DNA of 41,941 nucleotides from a virus: UHGV virus genome UHGV-2134446; one strand, 5' to 3'. Shown piece by piece: positions 8,534 to 16,452 of this stretch (position 1 is its first letter; each line of letters starts with the position of its first letter). The notes under the pieces were generated by a model. It saw only the letters and a program-made list of their open reading frames with translations, ran no database searches and was not told where the DNA came from. The position numbers and the translations under genes were made by a program.

Positions 8534-9470
8534 GATCTCCTTGAACAGGTTCTGCTTCTTCGGCAGCTTTTTCTAACGATTCCAAATCAACTGGTTGTTC
8601 GTCCGCCTCCTGCTCAACAGCGTCTTTCGGTTTCATCAATTCTTCGATTGGTGCTGATTCTTCAACTAGTTCTGCTTGCTTGATGCCCATTTTCTGTTGT
8701 AATTTATTTTCGATTGCTTGAACCTTAACCGGTTCTGCAGGTTTAATTTCACGATCATCAAATTCATTTTCAAGTGTATCTTTTGCAGCTTGAACGAATA
8801 AATCATTGTCATTGCTCGTGTTGATTAAAGCTTTAGCTGCTCGGTTGATCACCGTACGCTTTGCCATTTCTTCCGGAAATTCTTTTTGAGGTCCAGATCC
8901 CTTCATTTTTGACTTAGCCCAACTCTGATCGATTTGCTTCTTGGTCATAACTGTTGTAGTCTCTTTACCATTAGCAAGTTTGATCACTACATAAGCAGCA
9001 ACAATTTCGTTATCCAGATTTTCAAAACTGGTTTCATGTTTAGTGACTACCATGTTTGGTCCATCCATACCCACTTGAAAATCATCGCCTTTTCGTACGA
9101 CTACAGGAGTGATGTCAGCACCGCCTGTCACTCGATCAAGAACTGCCATGGTGCCAAAATATGAACGCATAAGCTGTACTTTGTTTCCATACTTGATGAA
9201 GTAGCATTGTTTCTTCGCAGGCGATAATCCTTGGATAACCATGTCCAACAAGGCATTGGAAATTGATGTCTTCATTTCTTGGTTGTTAGCAGCTGCTTGA
9301 AGCAAGTTGCCAGCAGTGTTATTTGTAAGTTCGAAGAAAGCACTCTTCAATGCATTCTGGGGGCTGTAATTTGGTGGCATTTCTAACCCTTGATCTTTTA
9401 ACCGATCCAAATTGCCAATTACTTGCTCGTCTAATGAACGTTGCGTTGTTTGAGTTAAATCATTTGCCAT
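8454..9470 (-). CDS. RecT-family single-strand annealing protein (probable)
   Basis: 338-aa protein with acidic C-terminal tail, paired with nuclease gene in the standard SSAP-exonuclease arrangement. Confidence 0.5.
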   Translation of the reverse strand: MANDLTQTTQRSLDEQVIGNLDRLKDQGLEMPPNYSPQNALKSAFFELTNNTAGNLLQAAANNQEMKTSISNALLDMVIQGLSPAKKQCYFIKYGNKVQLMRSYFGTMAVLDRVTGGADITPVVVRKGDDFQVGMDGPNMVVTKHETSFENLDNEIVAAYVVIKLANGKETTTVMTKKQIDQSWAKSKMKGSGPQKEFPEEMAKRTVINRAAKALINTSNDNDLFVQAAKDTLENEFDDREIKPAEPVKVQAIENKLQQKMGIKQAELVEESAPIEELMKPKDAVEQEADEQPVDLESLEKAAEEAEPVQGDLGIIPNFDREEGANDEGILPEEDYPF

Positions 9471-9472
9471 TT

Positions 9473-9682
9473 TTAAATTCCTCCAATATTTATTTTTCTG
9501 TAGTTTTCGTTTGCGTAGTCGATAATCTGATCTTCATGAACTAATCCCAAGTCAGTTGTGTAGACGATATCGCCTTTAAAAAGTGGTTCGCCTTTCCAAT
9601 CCACAGCGATCGGTTTTGGTTCAATTTCAGGCTGTTGACGAGCGCCTAATGAATCGAAATCATTCATGCCGATCACCAGCAT
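9473..9682 (-). CDS. Hypothetical protein (69 aa)
   Basis: ORF in early operon. Confidence 0.45.
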   Translation of the reverse strand: MLVIGMNDFDSLGARQQPEIEPKPIAVDWKGEPLFKGDIVYTTDLGLVHEDQIIDYANENYRKINIGGI

Positions 9683-10040
9683 ATAAGATCATTTTCCGCA
9701 ATTCGGATTTCAATTCTTCAATTCGTTTTTCACAAGATTCCGCAATCAGATCCCTAATTTGACCTTGAATATCTTTGATTCCTAGATCTTCTCCAATATG
9801 AACTCGGTGACATCTATACTTGACATCTTCTTTAAAATAGCCACCGCCCATGAAATGAGTAGAAATGCCTATTTCGATGTCATTCATTAGTTCATTACTG
9901 ACAGGATGCAACGCAGGTGTTTTTAAACTTATTAGCAAATTCTCCGCCTCAGCAATTTGATCAATAATGTGTTCCATTTTTCTTATTTGTTTTCTTGCTC
10001 CTTCTACCGCGTCCGTTGCAATCCCTCCTAAAATTCCCAA
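9660..10040 (-). CDS. Hypothetical protein (126 aa)
   Basis: ORF in early operon. Confidence 0.5.
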   Translation of the reverse strand: MGILGGIATDAVEGARKQIRKMEHIIDQIAEAENLLISLKTPALHPVSNELMNDIEIGISTHFMGGGYFKEDVKYRCHRVHIGEDLGIKDIQGQIRDLIAESCEKRIEELKSELRKMILYAGDRHE

Positions 10041-10252
10041 AACAATTTGTATCGTCCGTCTTGTTCTATCAGATTGTCCACGCCTTCGTTCTGAAGTTGA
10101 GACAAGAACCCTGGCGTTAATCCTTTACTTGCAATCGTGATGCTGGTTCGCCCTTGCTTAGCAGCATTCAAAACATTGTCTATCACTCTCTCTTGAGCAT
10201 TAATTAACATTGATGTGTATATATCGTCGTTCAATCCTGCAATAGAAATCAT
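10028..10252 (-). CDS. Hypothetical protein (74 aa)
   Basis: ORF in early operon. Confidence 0.45.
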   Translation of the reverse strand: MISIAGLNDDIYTSMLINAQERVIDNVLNAAKQGRTSITIASKGLTPGFLSQLQNEGVDNLIEQDGRYKLFWEF

Positions 10253-10307
10253 TTGAATATTTCTCCCCTCGTGCTACAATGTAGCCAGATATTTTTTCGT
10301 ATGCGAC

Positions 10308-10520
10308 TCATTGCTTGCTGGCGGAGTCGCTTTTTACCGTAATTTTCCGATCCTTCCTCAACCTTCTCTTATAAGCAATATCGTCATACTTGATCAGCCA
10401 CCACATAACAGACATTGGCAATGCGTAGACTGCCCAATCGGGTAACTGTTGGCGATTGCCGACCCAAACGCCCAAGAAAAATATAGTGATGATGAATGCT
10501 GATCTTCGTAAACCTTTCAT
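10308..10520 (-). CDS. Small two-TM membrane protein (70 aa)
   Basis: AFIITIFFLGVWVG and YALPMSVMWWLI hydrophobic segments. Confidence 0.5.
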   Translation of the reverse strand: MKGLRRSAFIITIFFLGVWVGNRQQLPDWAVYALPMSVMWWLIKYDDIAYKRRLRKDRKITVKSDSASKQ

Positions 10521-10524
10521 AAAA

Positions 10525-10719
10525 TCACCTCAATTCTATTTGCCGATTAAGCCGATTCTGATAAATCAACTCTTGATAACTCCTCAATTCCCTAATCGAT
10601 AAATCTCGTTGTGTCTCGGTCAGGGGGACTTTCCGATCGTTAAGTTGATCGTGTAAGGTTCTCATCTTTTCTTTGATGAGACCATGGATCATAAGTTCTT
10701 GCTGCAAGTTGTAGTTCAT
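10525..10719 (-). CDS. Hypothetical small protein (64 aa)
   Basis: ORF overlapping neighbours by 4 nt. Confidence 0.45.
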   Translation of the reverse strand: MNYNLQQELMIHGLIKEKMRTLHDQLNDRKVPLTETQRDLSIRELRSYQELIYQNRLNRQIELR

Positions 10720-11018
10720 GCTGTAACACCACCAAGCACCTCGTGTGGAGATAATTTATTGGTTAGATACTTGTTAGTATCTTTCCACTTTAAAAACCAT
10801 AAGAACGTTTGGTAATGAATAAACGTGGTTGAAGGTCCCGGGCGAAGCAAGCCTTCTGCGAATTCAGGAATTTCGTCCATCTCCTTGCAATATTGCAGCA
10901 AAGCCGATTTTGACATTCCATGAAATTTTTCTAGGATAAGCCCTTGCCGATACCAATCATCTGGATTTACTTCTTTTTCAGCAGATATGATTAATTCTTT
11001 TAAAGTAGGCTTTTTCAA
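10716..11018 (-). CDS. Hypothetical early protein (100 aa), TTG start with SD AGGAGGG
   Basis: Strong SD 6 nt before TTG 11018; first gene after cro-like gene. Confidence 0.55.
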   Translation of the reverse strand: MKKPTLKELIISAEKEVNPDDWYRQGLILEKFHGMSKSALLQYCKEMDEIPEFAEGLLRPGPSTTFIHYQTFLWFLKWKDTNKYLTNKLSPHEVLGGVTA

Positions 11019-11029
11019 TTCGATCCCTC

Positions 11030-11221
11030 CTATCTGATTCGATAATCGGCAATAATTCTGAGAATCAATTGATTGCCTTTAACGTTTTCTAGTTTTCCAG
11101 TCAAATAAGAGTGCATATCTTGTCTTTTTACTCCATATGCGACAGCTAGATCGGCCATAGAAATATTATTTTCTTCAATGTATTCCAAGACTTTCTGCCT
11201 TCCAGTTGCTATACTCGGCAT
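11030..11221 (-). CDS. Cro-like HTH regulator (start at internal ATG 11221, SD GGGAGGT)
   Basis: MPSIATGRQKVLEYIEENNISMADLAVAYGVKRQDMHSYL HTH pattern; divergent from repressor gene across operator region. Confidence 0.6.
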   Translation of the reverse strand: MPSIATGRQKVLEYIEENNISMADLAVAYGVKRQDMHSYLTGKLENVKGNQLILRIIADYRIR

Positions 11222-11290
11222 ATAATTACCTCCCTTTTTTAAACGTTTAGTAAGATAATCGGCAAGAAATTTACAATAACCTATTGACAT

Positions 11291-11513
11291 TTCTATAGAA
11301 AACTATAAAATGAAAACATAGTTAAATAAGCTTACAAAAACCCTTTTATTTCGATTACGTCGCCAAACGTTGGAATTATTAGGTTAGATTTCTGTATCTT
11401 TTTTTCTTGCCATTTATCTTACGAGGTTTATATTATAGCAAACTATAGAATATGTCAACGATTTTCTATAGAAAACTATAATTTTATTCCTCAAACAAAG
11501 GAGACCCATTGAT
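11291..11513. promoter_or_regulatory. Genetic-switch region: divergent promoters and three operator sites built on palindrome TATAG-aaaa-CTATA
   Basis: ctatagaaaactata at 11296-11310 and 11468-11482, related aaactatagaatatg near 11441; lies between divergent cro-like and XRE repressor genes. Confidence 0.6.
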
Positions 11514-11825
11514 ATGACTGTGTTTGACAGAATTAAATTTCTTGCTGATAAAAGAGGTGTAAGTGTTTCAAAGGTTGCTACTGATCTTGGATTTAGCGAA
11601 AATCTTTTTTACCAATGGAAAACTGCTAGTCCTAAATCGGATAGATTAGAAGCCGTTGCGGATTATTTTAATGTTAGTGTGGACTATCTTTTAGGGCGTG
11701 AAGAGAAAAACTCTCTTGCTGAAAAATATGGAGTCTTCGCATTTGATGGAGAACCTGTAACAGACGAGGAAATAGAATTCTTAAAGTCTGTTTTAGCTGC
11801 TAAAAGGGCTACTGAAAAAAAGTAA
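11514..11825 (+). CDS. XRE-family HTH repressor (CI-like)
   Basis: MTVFDRIKFLADKRGVSVSKVATDLGFSENLFYQWK HTH_XRE pattern; SD aaaggag; first gene of lysogeny operon. Confidence 0.8.
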   Translation: MTVFDRIKFLADKRGVSVSKVATDLGFSENLFYQWKTASPKSDRLEAVADYFNVSVDYLLGREEKNSLAEKYGVFAFDGEPVTDEEIEFLKSVLAAKRATEKK

Positions 11826-11831
11826 AGTGAT

Positions 11832-12245
11832 GTGATGTTTGTGTATGAGGTCAATCAGTACTTACTAAATCTAGTAAATGATATGGGATTAGAATTGCAC
11901 TTTGTAGATATGAATCGAAGCGGAATTTATTTTGCGGATGAAAAGGTGATTTTTTTAAGCAATAAGCTTCTTGAGAAAAATTCAGACTTTGAAGTAACCC
12001 ATGAGTTAGCACATTGTATAAAGAAGCATGAGGAACTTAAAGCTTATTACCATGCAACAGATTATAGCAGGCGTAAATTAGAGTTTGAAGCAAATCGGAT
12101 TGCTATAGAAATACTTTTATTTATTTGGTCAAATGAATATGATTTAGAGAGAGAGCAACTAAATGCAGTAAAGTTCATGGAATATTACAACATACCATGG
12201 AATCTTGAAAGTTGCGTTCGAGAAAGCATGCTAAACTATGGATAA
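11832..12245 (+). CDS. ImmA/IrrE-family zinc metallopeptidase
   Basis: HEXXH motif in THELAHCIKKHEE; classic XRE-ImmA pairing. Confidence 0.8.
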   Translation: MMFVYEVNQYLLNLVNDMGLELHFVDMNRSGIYFADEKVIFLSNKLLEKNSDFEVTHELAHCIKKHEELKAYYHATDYSRRKLEFEANRIAIEILLFIWSNEYDLEREQLNAVKFMEYYNIPWNLESCVRESMLNYG

Positions 12246-12337
12246 AAAAATACCCCTACCGAAGTTCGAGCTTCGATAAGGGACACTCATTTCTGAGAGA
12301 TTACAAAATTATTATATCAAAGAAATGAGGAAAAGAA

Positions 12338-13222
12338 ATGAAAAAAGTAGTATATGGGTTGCTATTTGTTACTTTAGTGCTTTCAGGCTGTGGCGGTCAA
12401 GGTGGCGACGGTGGTGATGCTGAAGAATCTAGTTCTTCGTCCACGATTGCTGTATCATCTAGCAAAGAAGAAGTAATTGAGTTTAGTGTATATCAACCTC
12501 AACATCATTTGGAAAACAATAATTTTAATTTGTCTGGAAAAGCTGATCCAGAAAGTAAAATCACTGTAAATCAAGGCAATGAATTAGTAAAAGAAATAGA
12601 ACCAACAGCCTCTGGTTCATTTAGCATGACAGCTCCACTTCCAGAAACGGAAGATACCACATACGAAGTTTCAAATGGAAAAGAAACGAAAACAGTGATT
12701 GTAAAGTCAAAGGCGACCTTAGAGAAAGTTGCTGCCGAGGCCGAAGCAACTAGAAAGAAACAACAGCAAGAGAAAGAAGAAGCTGATAAAAAAGCAGCTG
12801 AAGAAGCCGCCGCAAAAGAGCAAGCGGAAAAAGAAGCTGCTGAAAAAAAGAAGCAAGAAGCTGAGGAAGCCGCACGCAAGGCTGCCGAAGAAGAAAAAGC
12901 AAGTTACGACACTGGCATCACTTATGAAAACTTAGCAAGGAATCCTGATACTTACTTGGCTGAAAAAGTTAAATTTTCTGGTCGAATCATTCAAGTACTT
13001 AAAGGTGAAGATCATTCTCAATTCCGATTCGCCGTTAACGATGATTATAATCAAGTACTATTTATTGAGATTTCTGAAGATCAATTATCAAATAATCGCC
13101 TGTTAGAAGATGATTACATCACTATTAGAGGTACCTCTTATGGGGAATACACTTATACTTCTGCTTTGGGTGGAGAAATAACCGTTCCCGGAGTAGTAGT
13201 TGATTCATTTGAATTAAATTAA
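12338..13222 (+). CDS. Lipoprotein (294 aa): lipobox LSGC, Ala/Glu/Lys-rich helical linker, C-terminal beta-rich (OB-like) domain; candidate superinfection-exclusion protein
   Basis: MKKVVYGLLFVTLVLSGCGG signal/lipobox; low-complexity AEEAAAKEQAEKEAAEKKKQEAEEAARKAAEEEKA; encoded between repressor module and integrase. Confidence 0.8.
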   Translation: MKKVVYGLLFVTLVLSGCGGQGGDGGDAEESSSSSTIAVSSSKEEVIEFSVYQPQHHLENNNFNLSGKADPESKITVNQGNELVKEIEPTASGSFSMTAPLPETEDTTYEVSNGKETKTVIVKSKATLEKVAAEAEATRKKQQQEKEEADKKAAEEAAAKEQAEKEAAEKKKQEAEEAARKAAEEEKASYDTGITYENLARNPDTYLAEKVKFSGRIIQVLKGEDHSQFRFAVNDDYNQVLFIEISEDQLSNNRLLEDDYITIRGTSYGEYTYTSALGGEITVPGVVVDSFELN

Positions 13223-13313
13223 ACAAAAAAAACACGCTCATCACTTTGGCTGGCGAGAGCGTGCAAACAGAAAATAACCAATAGGTTACGCCTATTGTAT
13301 CAGAAATTAGGGG

Positions 13314-14468
13314 TTGTTTAAAGTGTGGATTGAGAAACTAGCGGATGGGAAATTCAAGTATGTAGAAAGATATAAAGATCCGTATTCTGAGAAGACAAAA
13401 AAGAAGAGTGTTATACTAACAAGCGATTCTGCTCAAGCCTCTAACAAGGCACGTAAGCTATTAGAGATAAAGATTAACGAAGCTATTAATGAGAAGAAAA
13501 AAGAGCGGATCATGTTTCATGATGCGATTGACCAATGGTACGAAGGGCATAAAAAGCCGCTTAGGAATAGTTCTAAAATGGCATATAATGCAACAATAAA
13601 ATCAGTTAAGGGAATGATTAGTGCGGATGTATGGGCAGATAACATTGACGCCCCCCTTTTGCAAAATGCGTTTAACAAACTTGATTACTCGGATGAATAC
13701 CTAAGTACAATTAAATCTATATTCAACATGGTGTTTGAATACGCTCGTAGAATGGGCTACGTGGATTTTAATCCAATGGCTGATGTTATTATCAAGAAGA
13801 GACCAAAAACTCGTGAGGACTTCAAGAAGCTCGAAAACAAATACTTAGAACGTGAAGAAGCTGAGAAATTAATCGAAGAACTTTATCGTAGACCATCAAC
13901 TTATCGTTTGGCTAGACTGGCAGAATTTATGTTCTTAACTGGTATGCGTGTTGGTGAAGCTACGGCAATGCAGCCAAATGATTTTGACTTAGTTAATCGT
14001 CAGGCTCATGTAAATGGATCAATAGACCGAACTGAAGGCTATCGCAAAGGTATTAAAGGCCCCGTTAAAACAAACGCATCATATAGAACGATCGATATCA
14101 CAAAAAGGACAATTGATCTCGTTCAACGAACCATTGATGAAGTGAGTTTGGACGCTATTGAGAATCCTAAATTCGAAAAATTGAACTATTTGTTTGTAAC
14201 CAAGAATGGCGTTCCTGTTCAAATTAATTCTTTCAACCTAGGCTTAAAAAAAGCTGGAGCAAGAGTTGGACTTGAGCATAAGAATTTATCCTCACATATT
14301 TTTCGCCACACTCATATTTCCTGGCTTGCCGAAAAAGGCTATCCTTTAAAAGCAATCATGGATCGAGTTGGTCATGAGGATTCCAAGATTACAAATCAAA
14401 TTTACACACACGTCACCAAAAATATGCGTGCTAATATACTGGAAGATTTGGAAAAGGACGGACTTTAA
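13314..14468 (+). CDS. int: Tyrosine integrase
   Basis: C-terminal catalytic region HIFRHTHISWLAEKGYPLKAIMDRVGHEDSKITNQIYTHV (R..H-x-x-R ... Y). Confidence 0.9.
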   Translation: MFKVWIEKLADGKFKYVERYKDPYSEKTKKKSVILTSDSAQASNKARKLLEIKINEAINEKKKERIMFHDAIDQWYEGHKKPLRNSSKMAYNATIKSVKGMISADVWADNIDAPLLQNAFNKLDYSDEYLSTIKSIFNMVFEYARRMGYVDFNPMADVIIKKRPKTREDFKKLENKYLEREEAEKLIEELYRRPSTYRLARLAEFMFLTGMRVGEATAMQPNDFDLVNRQAHVNGSIDRTEGYRKGIKGPVKTNASYRTIDITKRTIDLVQRTIDEVSLDAIENPKFEKLNYLFVTKNGVPVQINSFNLGLKKAGARVGLEHKNLSSHIFRHTHISWLAEKGYPLKAIMDRVGHEDSKITNQIYTHVTKNMRANILEDLEKDGL

Positions 14469-14480
14469 ACTTCGATTTAT

Positions 14481-14715
14481 TGCCCCTTTTCTGCCCCTTC
14501 ATGCTATATGTATAAGACAAAACCCGTTAGAGCCTTAGAGCCCCAACGGGTTTTTAATGAAGTTATCTCACTGCGTCTTTTAATTAAATCATTTTCCTAC
14601 TACTATACACTGGTGCTTTTCCGCATTAAATAAGGCGGATTTAGCATCGCATACTGTTAAAAATATTTGACTGGTATGGACTAGTGGACAGTTTATGCCC
14701 CTTTTTTGCCCCTTT
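14481..14715. repeat. attP candidate: direct repeats TGCCCCTTTT(C/T)TGCCCCTT at 14481-14499 and 14696-14715 flanking the int terminator
   Basis: Two copies of a 19-20-bp motif 215 bp apart, immediately downstream of int, in otherwise AT-rich non-coding DNA. Confidence 0.35.
14517..14556. terminator. Bidirectional intrinsic terminator (aacccgtt ... aacgggtt, A-run/T-run flanks)
   Basis: Perfect 8-bp stem with 16-nt loop followed by ttttt, 50 bp after int stop. Confidence 0.7.
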
Positions 14716-14803
14716 AAATAGCATAAACATCTAAATAATTAATCTAGTGTTCGCTTTACAACGAGAACGTTCGTTCGTATAATTTCGTTAAGGAGTGATT
14801 GAT

Positions 14804-15094
14804 ATGCAAATACCATTAGCGAACCAACGGACGTATGCTTTTGAACGTTACTACTACGAGTTTATCGAAAGAATGGGACCAGCTCATCTATTATACGATC
14901 AATTCGCTAAAACAATGGATAATTTCGGGAAACCCTACTTTACGGTACCCTGCAGCTACAGTGGATATCTGGAAGAGCTAGCGTTTGTATTCAAGGTAGA
15001 GGGCGAAAGTTATTTGTTTGATCATGTCAGAACTCAAGATGAGATACTTAGGAAGTACGATCCTAATGAAAAATATAGACCTGGCGGTAACTGA
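14804..15094 (+). CDS. Hypothetical protein (96 aa), cargo gene
   Basis: ATG 14804 with SD aaggagtg; TATAAT at 14777-14782 upstream. Confidence 0.5.
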   Translation: MQIPLANQRTYAFERYYYEFIERMGPAHLLYDQFAKTMDNFGKPYFTVPCSYSGYLEELAFVFKVEGESYLFDHVRTQDEILRKYDPNEKYRPGGN

Positions 15095-15095
15095 T

Positions 15096-15362
15096 ATGAA
15101 TCTTATTACTCAATACGAACAGGGCTACCTATCTCTCTTTGGGTTTATAAATGAATTTCCGGACAGTGTTTCTGAGTCACAGGAAGCTTTATTCGGTGCA
15201 AAATGTGTCGAGTTTTATGTTGCTGTCACTTTAGGCAAAACGGATTGCTGCTATTATGTACAACACTATGGAGGCGATTGCTATGAAATCGATGAAAGGC
15301 TATGTATCGAAGATACGTGTGTTGAAGATGAGCAAGACCCCTTTAGTGCGGTTCTCGCTTGA
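15096..15362 (+). CDS. Hypothetical Cys-rich small protein (88 aa), start coupled to upstream stop (TGATATG)
   Basis: 7 Cys in C-terminal half (CVEFY...CCYYVQHYGGDCYEIDERLCIEDTC). Confidence 0.4.
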   Translation: MNLITQYEQGYLSLFGFINEFPDSVSESQEALFGAKCVEFYVAVTLGKTDCCYYVQHYGGDCYEIDERLCIEDTCVEDEQDPFSAVLA

Positions 15363-15540
15363 CGAAGTTAACTGCTTGATTGCTGCACACAGTTTGAACT
15401 TCTTGGCAGATGTGGATGAAGGAATGCAGATTGTGGTTGCTGGTGAGTATAATAGTAGGAAACAATTTGTTATTAAGAAGTATTCGGTGATTGGCAAGAC
15501 GAAGATTATGATTGAATTTGAAAATATCAATGTTCGATAA
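15256..15540 (+). CDS. Hypothetical protein (94 aa; alternative in-frame start ATG 15328)
   Basis: ORF overlaps previous by 107 nt in a different frame; true start uncertain. Confidence 0.35.
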   Translation: MYNTMEAIAMKSMKGYVSKIRVLKMSKTPLVRFSLDEVNCLIAAHSLNFLADVDEGMQIVVAGEYNSRKQFVIKKYSVIGKTKIMIEFENINVR

Positions 15541-15646
15541 GCGTATTACTTTTCCTATTCAGTAAATTACTATATGATGATTATTATGATGACGGAACAT
15601 AGTTCCACTTGCACGGCATATGAGAATATGCTGTGCTTTTTTTGTA

Positions 15647-15741
15647 AAAAAATAACCACTCCCGGGGAGGAGTGGCACAATTAGATGAAAAAGTTTTTTA
15701 TAAGGTAAGTTAATTATATTAGCTATTTCCAAATCGTTCAA
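15647..15741 (-). ncRNA. sRNA-like unit A (minus strand, about 60 nt): -35 TTGAAC, 17-bp spacer, -10 TATAAT, terminator ccactcc-cgggg-aggagtgg plus U-tract
   Basis: Plus-strand gttcaa 15736-15741, attata 15713-15718; hairpin 15657-15676 preceded by A-run 15646-15653 (T-run on minus). Confidence 0.4.
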
Positions 15742-15752
15742 ACCAATTGCTC

Positions 15753-15859
15753 AAAAATAACCCACCCTCAAGGAGAGTGGGCCTGAAAAAAGATATAAAA
15801 TGAAATAGCCCCGGTCAAGGCTATGACTCCATTCTACAAGAACATAGTTTTTATTTCAA
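15753..15859 (-). ncRNA. sRNA-like unit B (minus strand, about 72 nt): -35 TTGAAA, 17-bp spacer, -10 TAGAAT, internal hairpin atagcc/ggctat, terminator cccaccctc-aagg-agagtggg plus U-tract
   Basis: Plus-strand tttcaa 15854-15859, attcta 15831-15836; terminator hairpin 15761-15781 with A-run 15753-15758. Confidence 0.4.
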
Positions 15860-15860
15860 C

Positions 15861-15990
15861 AAAAAATCCACCCTATTCTGCCTAGAGTGGACCCAAAGAA
15901 GAGTAAACAAATGAAAAATTGGATTGGTTGGTATGAGTCTACATTACAACTTTTATTAATTAAACTCAACAAATTTATGACGATTTTCTA
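15861..15990 (-). ncRNA. sRNA-like unit C (minus strand): third copy of CCACyC...GAGTGG terminator; promoter weaker/unclear
   Basis: Hairpin tccaccctattctgcctagagtgga 15868-15892 with A-run 15861-15866; shares stem sequence with units A and B. Confidence 0.25.
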
Positions 15991-16200
15991 ATCAATAATA
16001 TCTATTACATTGAAATAATGATAAAATAAAAATCGAAGAGTATTAGGCGCACTTCCCCAAGTTTTCACCGCCTAACTACTCTTCATAAAGTATTGCACGC
16101 ACCTACTAATGTATAATATAAACTTATTTACTGCAAGTAAAACGAATATAAGAAAAAAAGCCCCCTACTCTAATTGAGTAAGGAGTTTCTCTTTTGTGTC
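15988..16200 (+). ncRNA. Tandem repeat copy 1 (plus strand): extended -10-like TGATAAAAT, 15-bp-stem hairpin gaagagtattaggcg / cgcctaactactcttc, terminator ccctactc-taatt-gagtaagg plus T-run
   Basis: About 135 bp of roughly 80-85% identity to copy 2 at a 267-bp period; hairpin 16035-16086; terminator 16161-16198. Confidence 0.4.
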
Positions 16201-16254
16201 ATGAATTTACAATCACAATATGCTGAAAAACATAAAAGTATTTTAGACGATATT

Positions 16255-16452
16255 CTAAACAATAATATCTATTAAAATGAAATAATGATAAAATAAACAA
16301 GAAGAGTATTAGGCGCACTTCCCCAAGCATTACCGCCAAATACTCTTCGTAGATTGTTGCACTTACTAATGTATAGTATGAACCTAATTATTTCAAGATA
16401 ATTGCACCCTAAATGGCTTCCCTGCTCTTAAATGAGTAAGGAGCTTTTGTTA
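16255..16452 (+). ncRNA. Tandem repeat copy 2 (plus strand) with the same promoter-like box, conserved 15-bp-stem hairpin and weaker terminator
   Basis: gaagagtattaggcg...cgccaaatactcttc hairpin 16301-16349; loop cacttccccaag identical to copy 1; gcttcc...ggagc plus ttttgtt near 16415-16450. Confidence 0.4.

Noticed and set aside
12250-12292. Hairpin cccta-cgaag-ttcgag-cttcg-a-taaggg between ImmA and the lipoprotein gene
   Set aside because: T-run is on the minus strand where no gene needs terminating; possibly a partial or bidirectional terminator or a processing site, not strong enough to call.
12571-12935. ORFs 12571..12879 (-) and 12729..12935 (+) inside the lipoprotein gene
   Set aside because: Products are low-complexity poly-Ala/Ser or poly-Lys translations of the GAA/GCT/AAG-rich linker region of the real lipoprotein gene.
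2699-14692. Shared 9-mer TGGACTAGT near 2701 and 14679
   Set aside because: Contains the palindromic ACTAGT and is short; no extended similarity around it. Likely chance.
15559-15741. 60-aa minus-strand ORF
   Set aside because: Runs straight through a GC hairpin plus T-run terminator; no SD; the region is better explained as promoter/terminator-bounded small RNAs.
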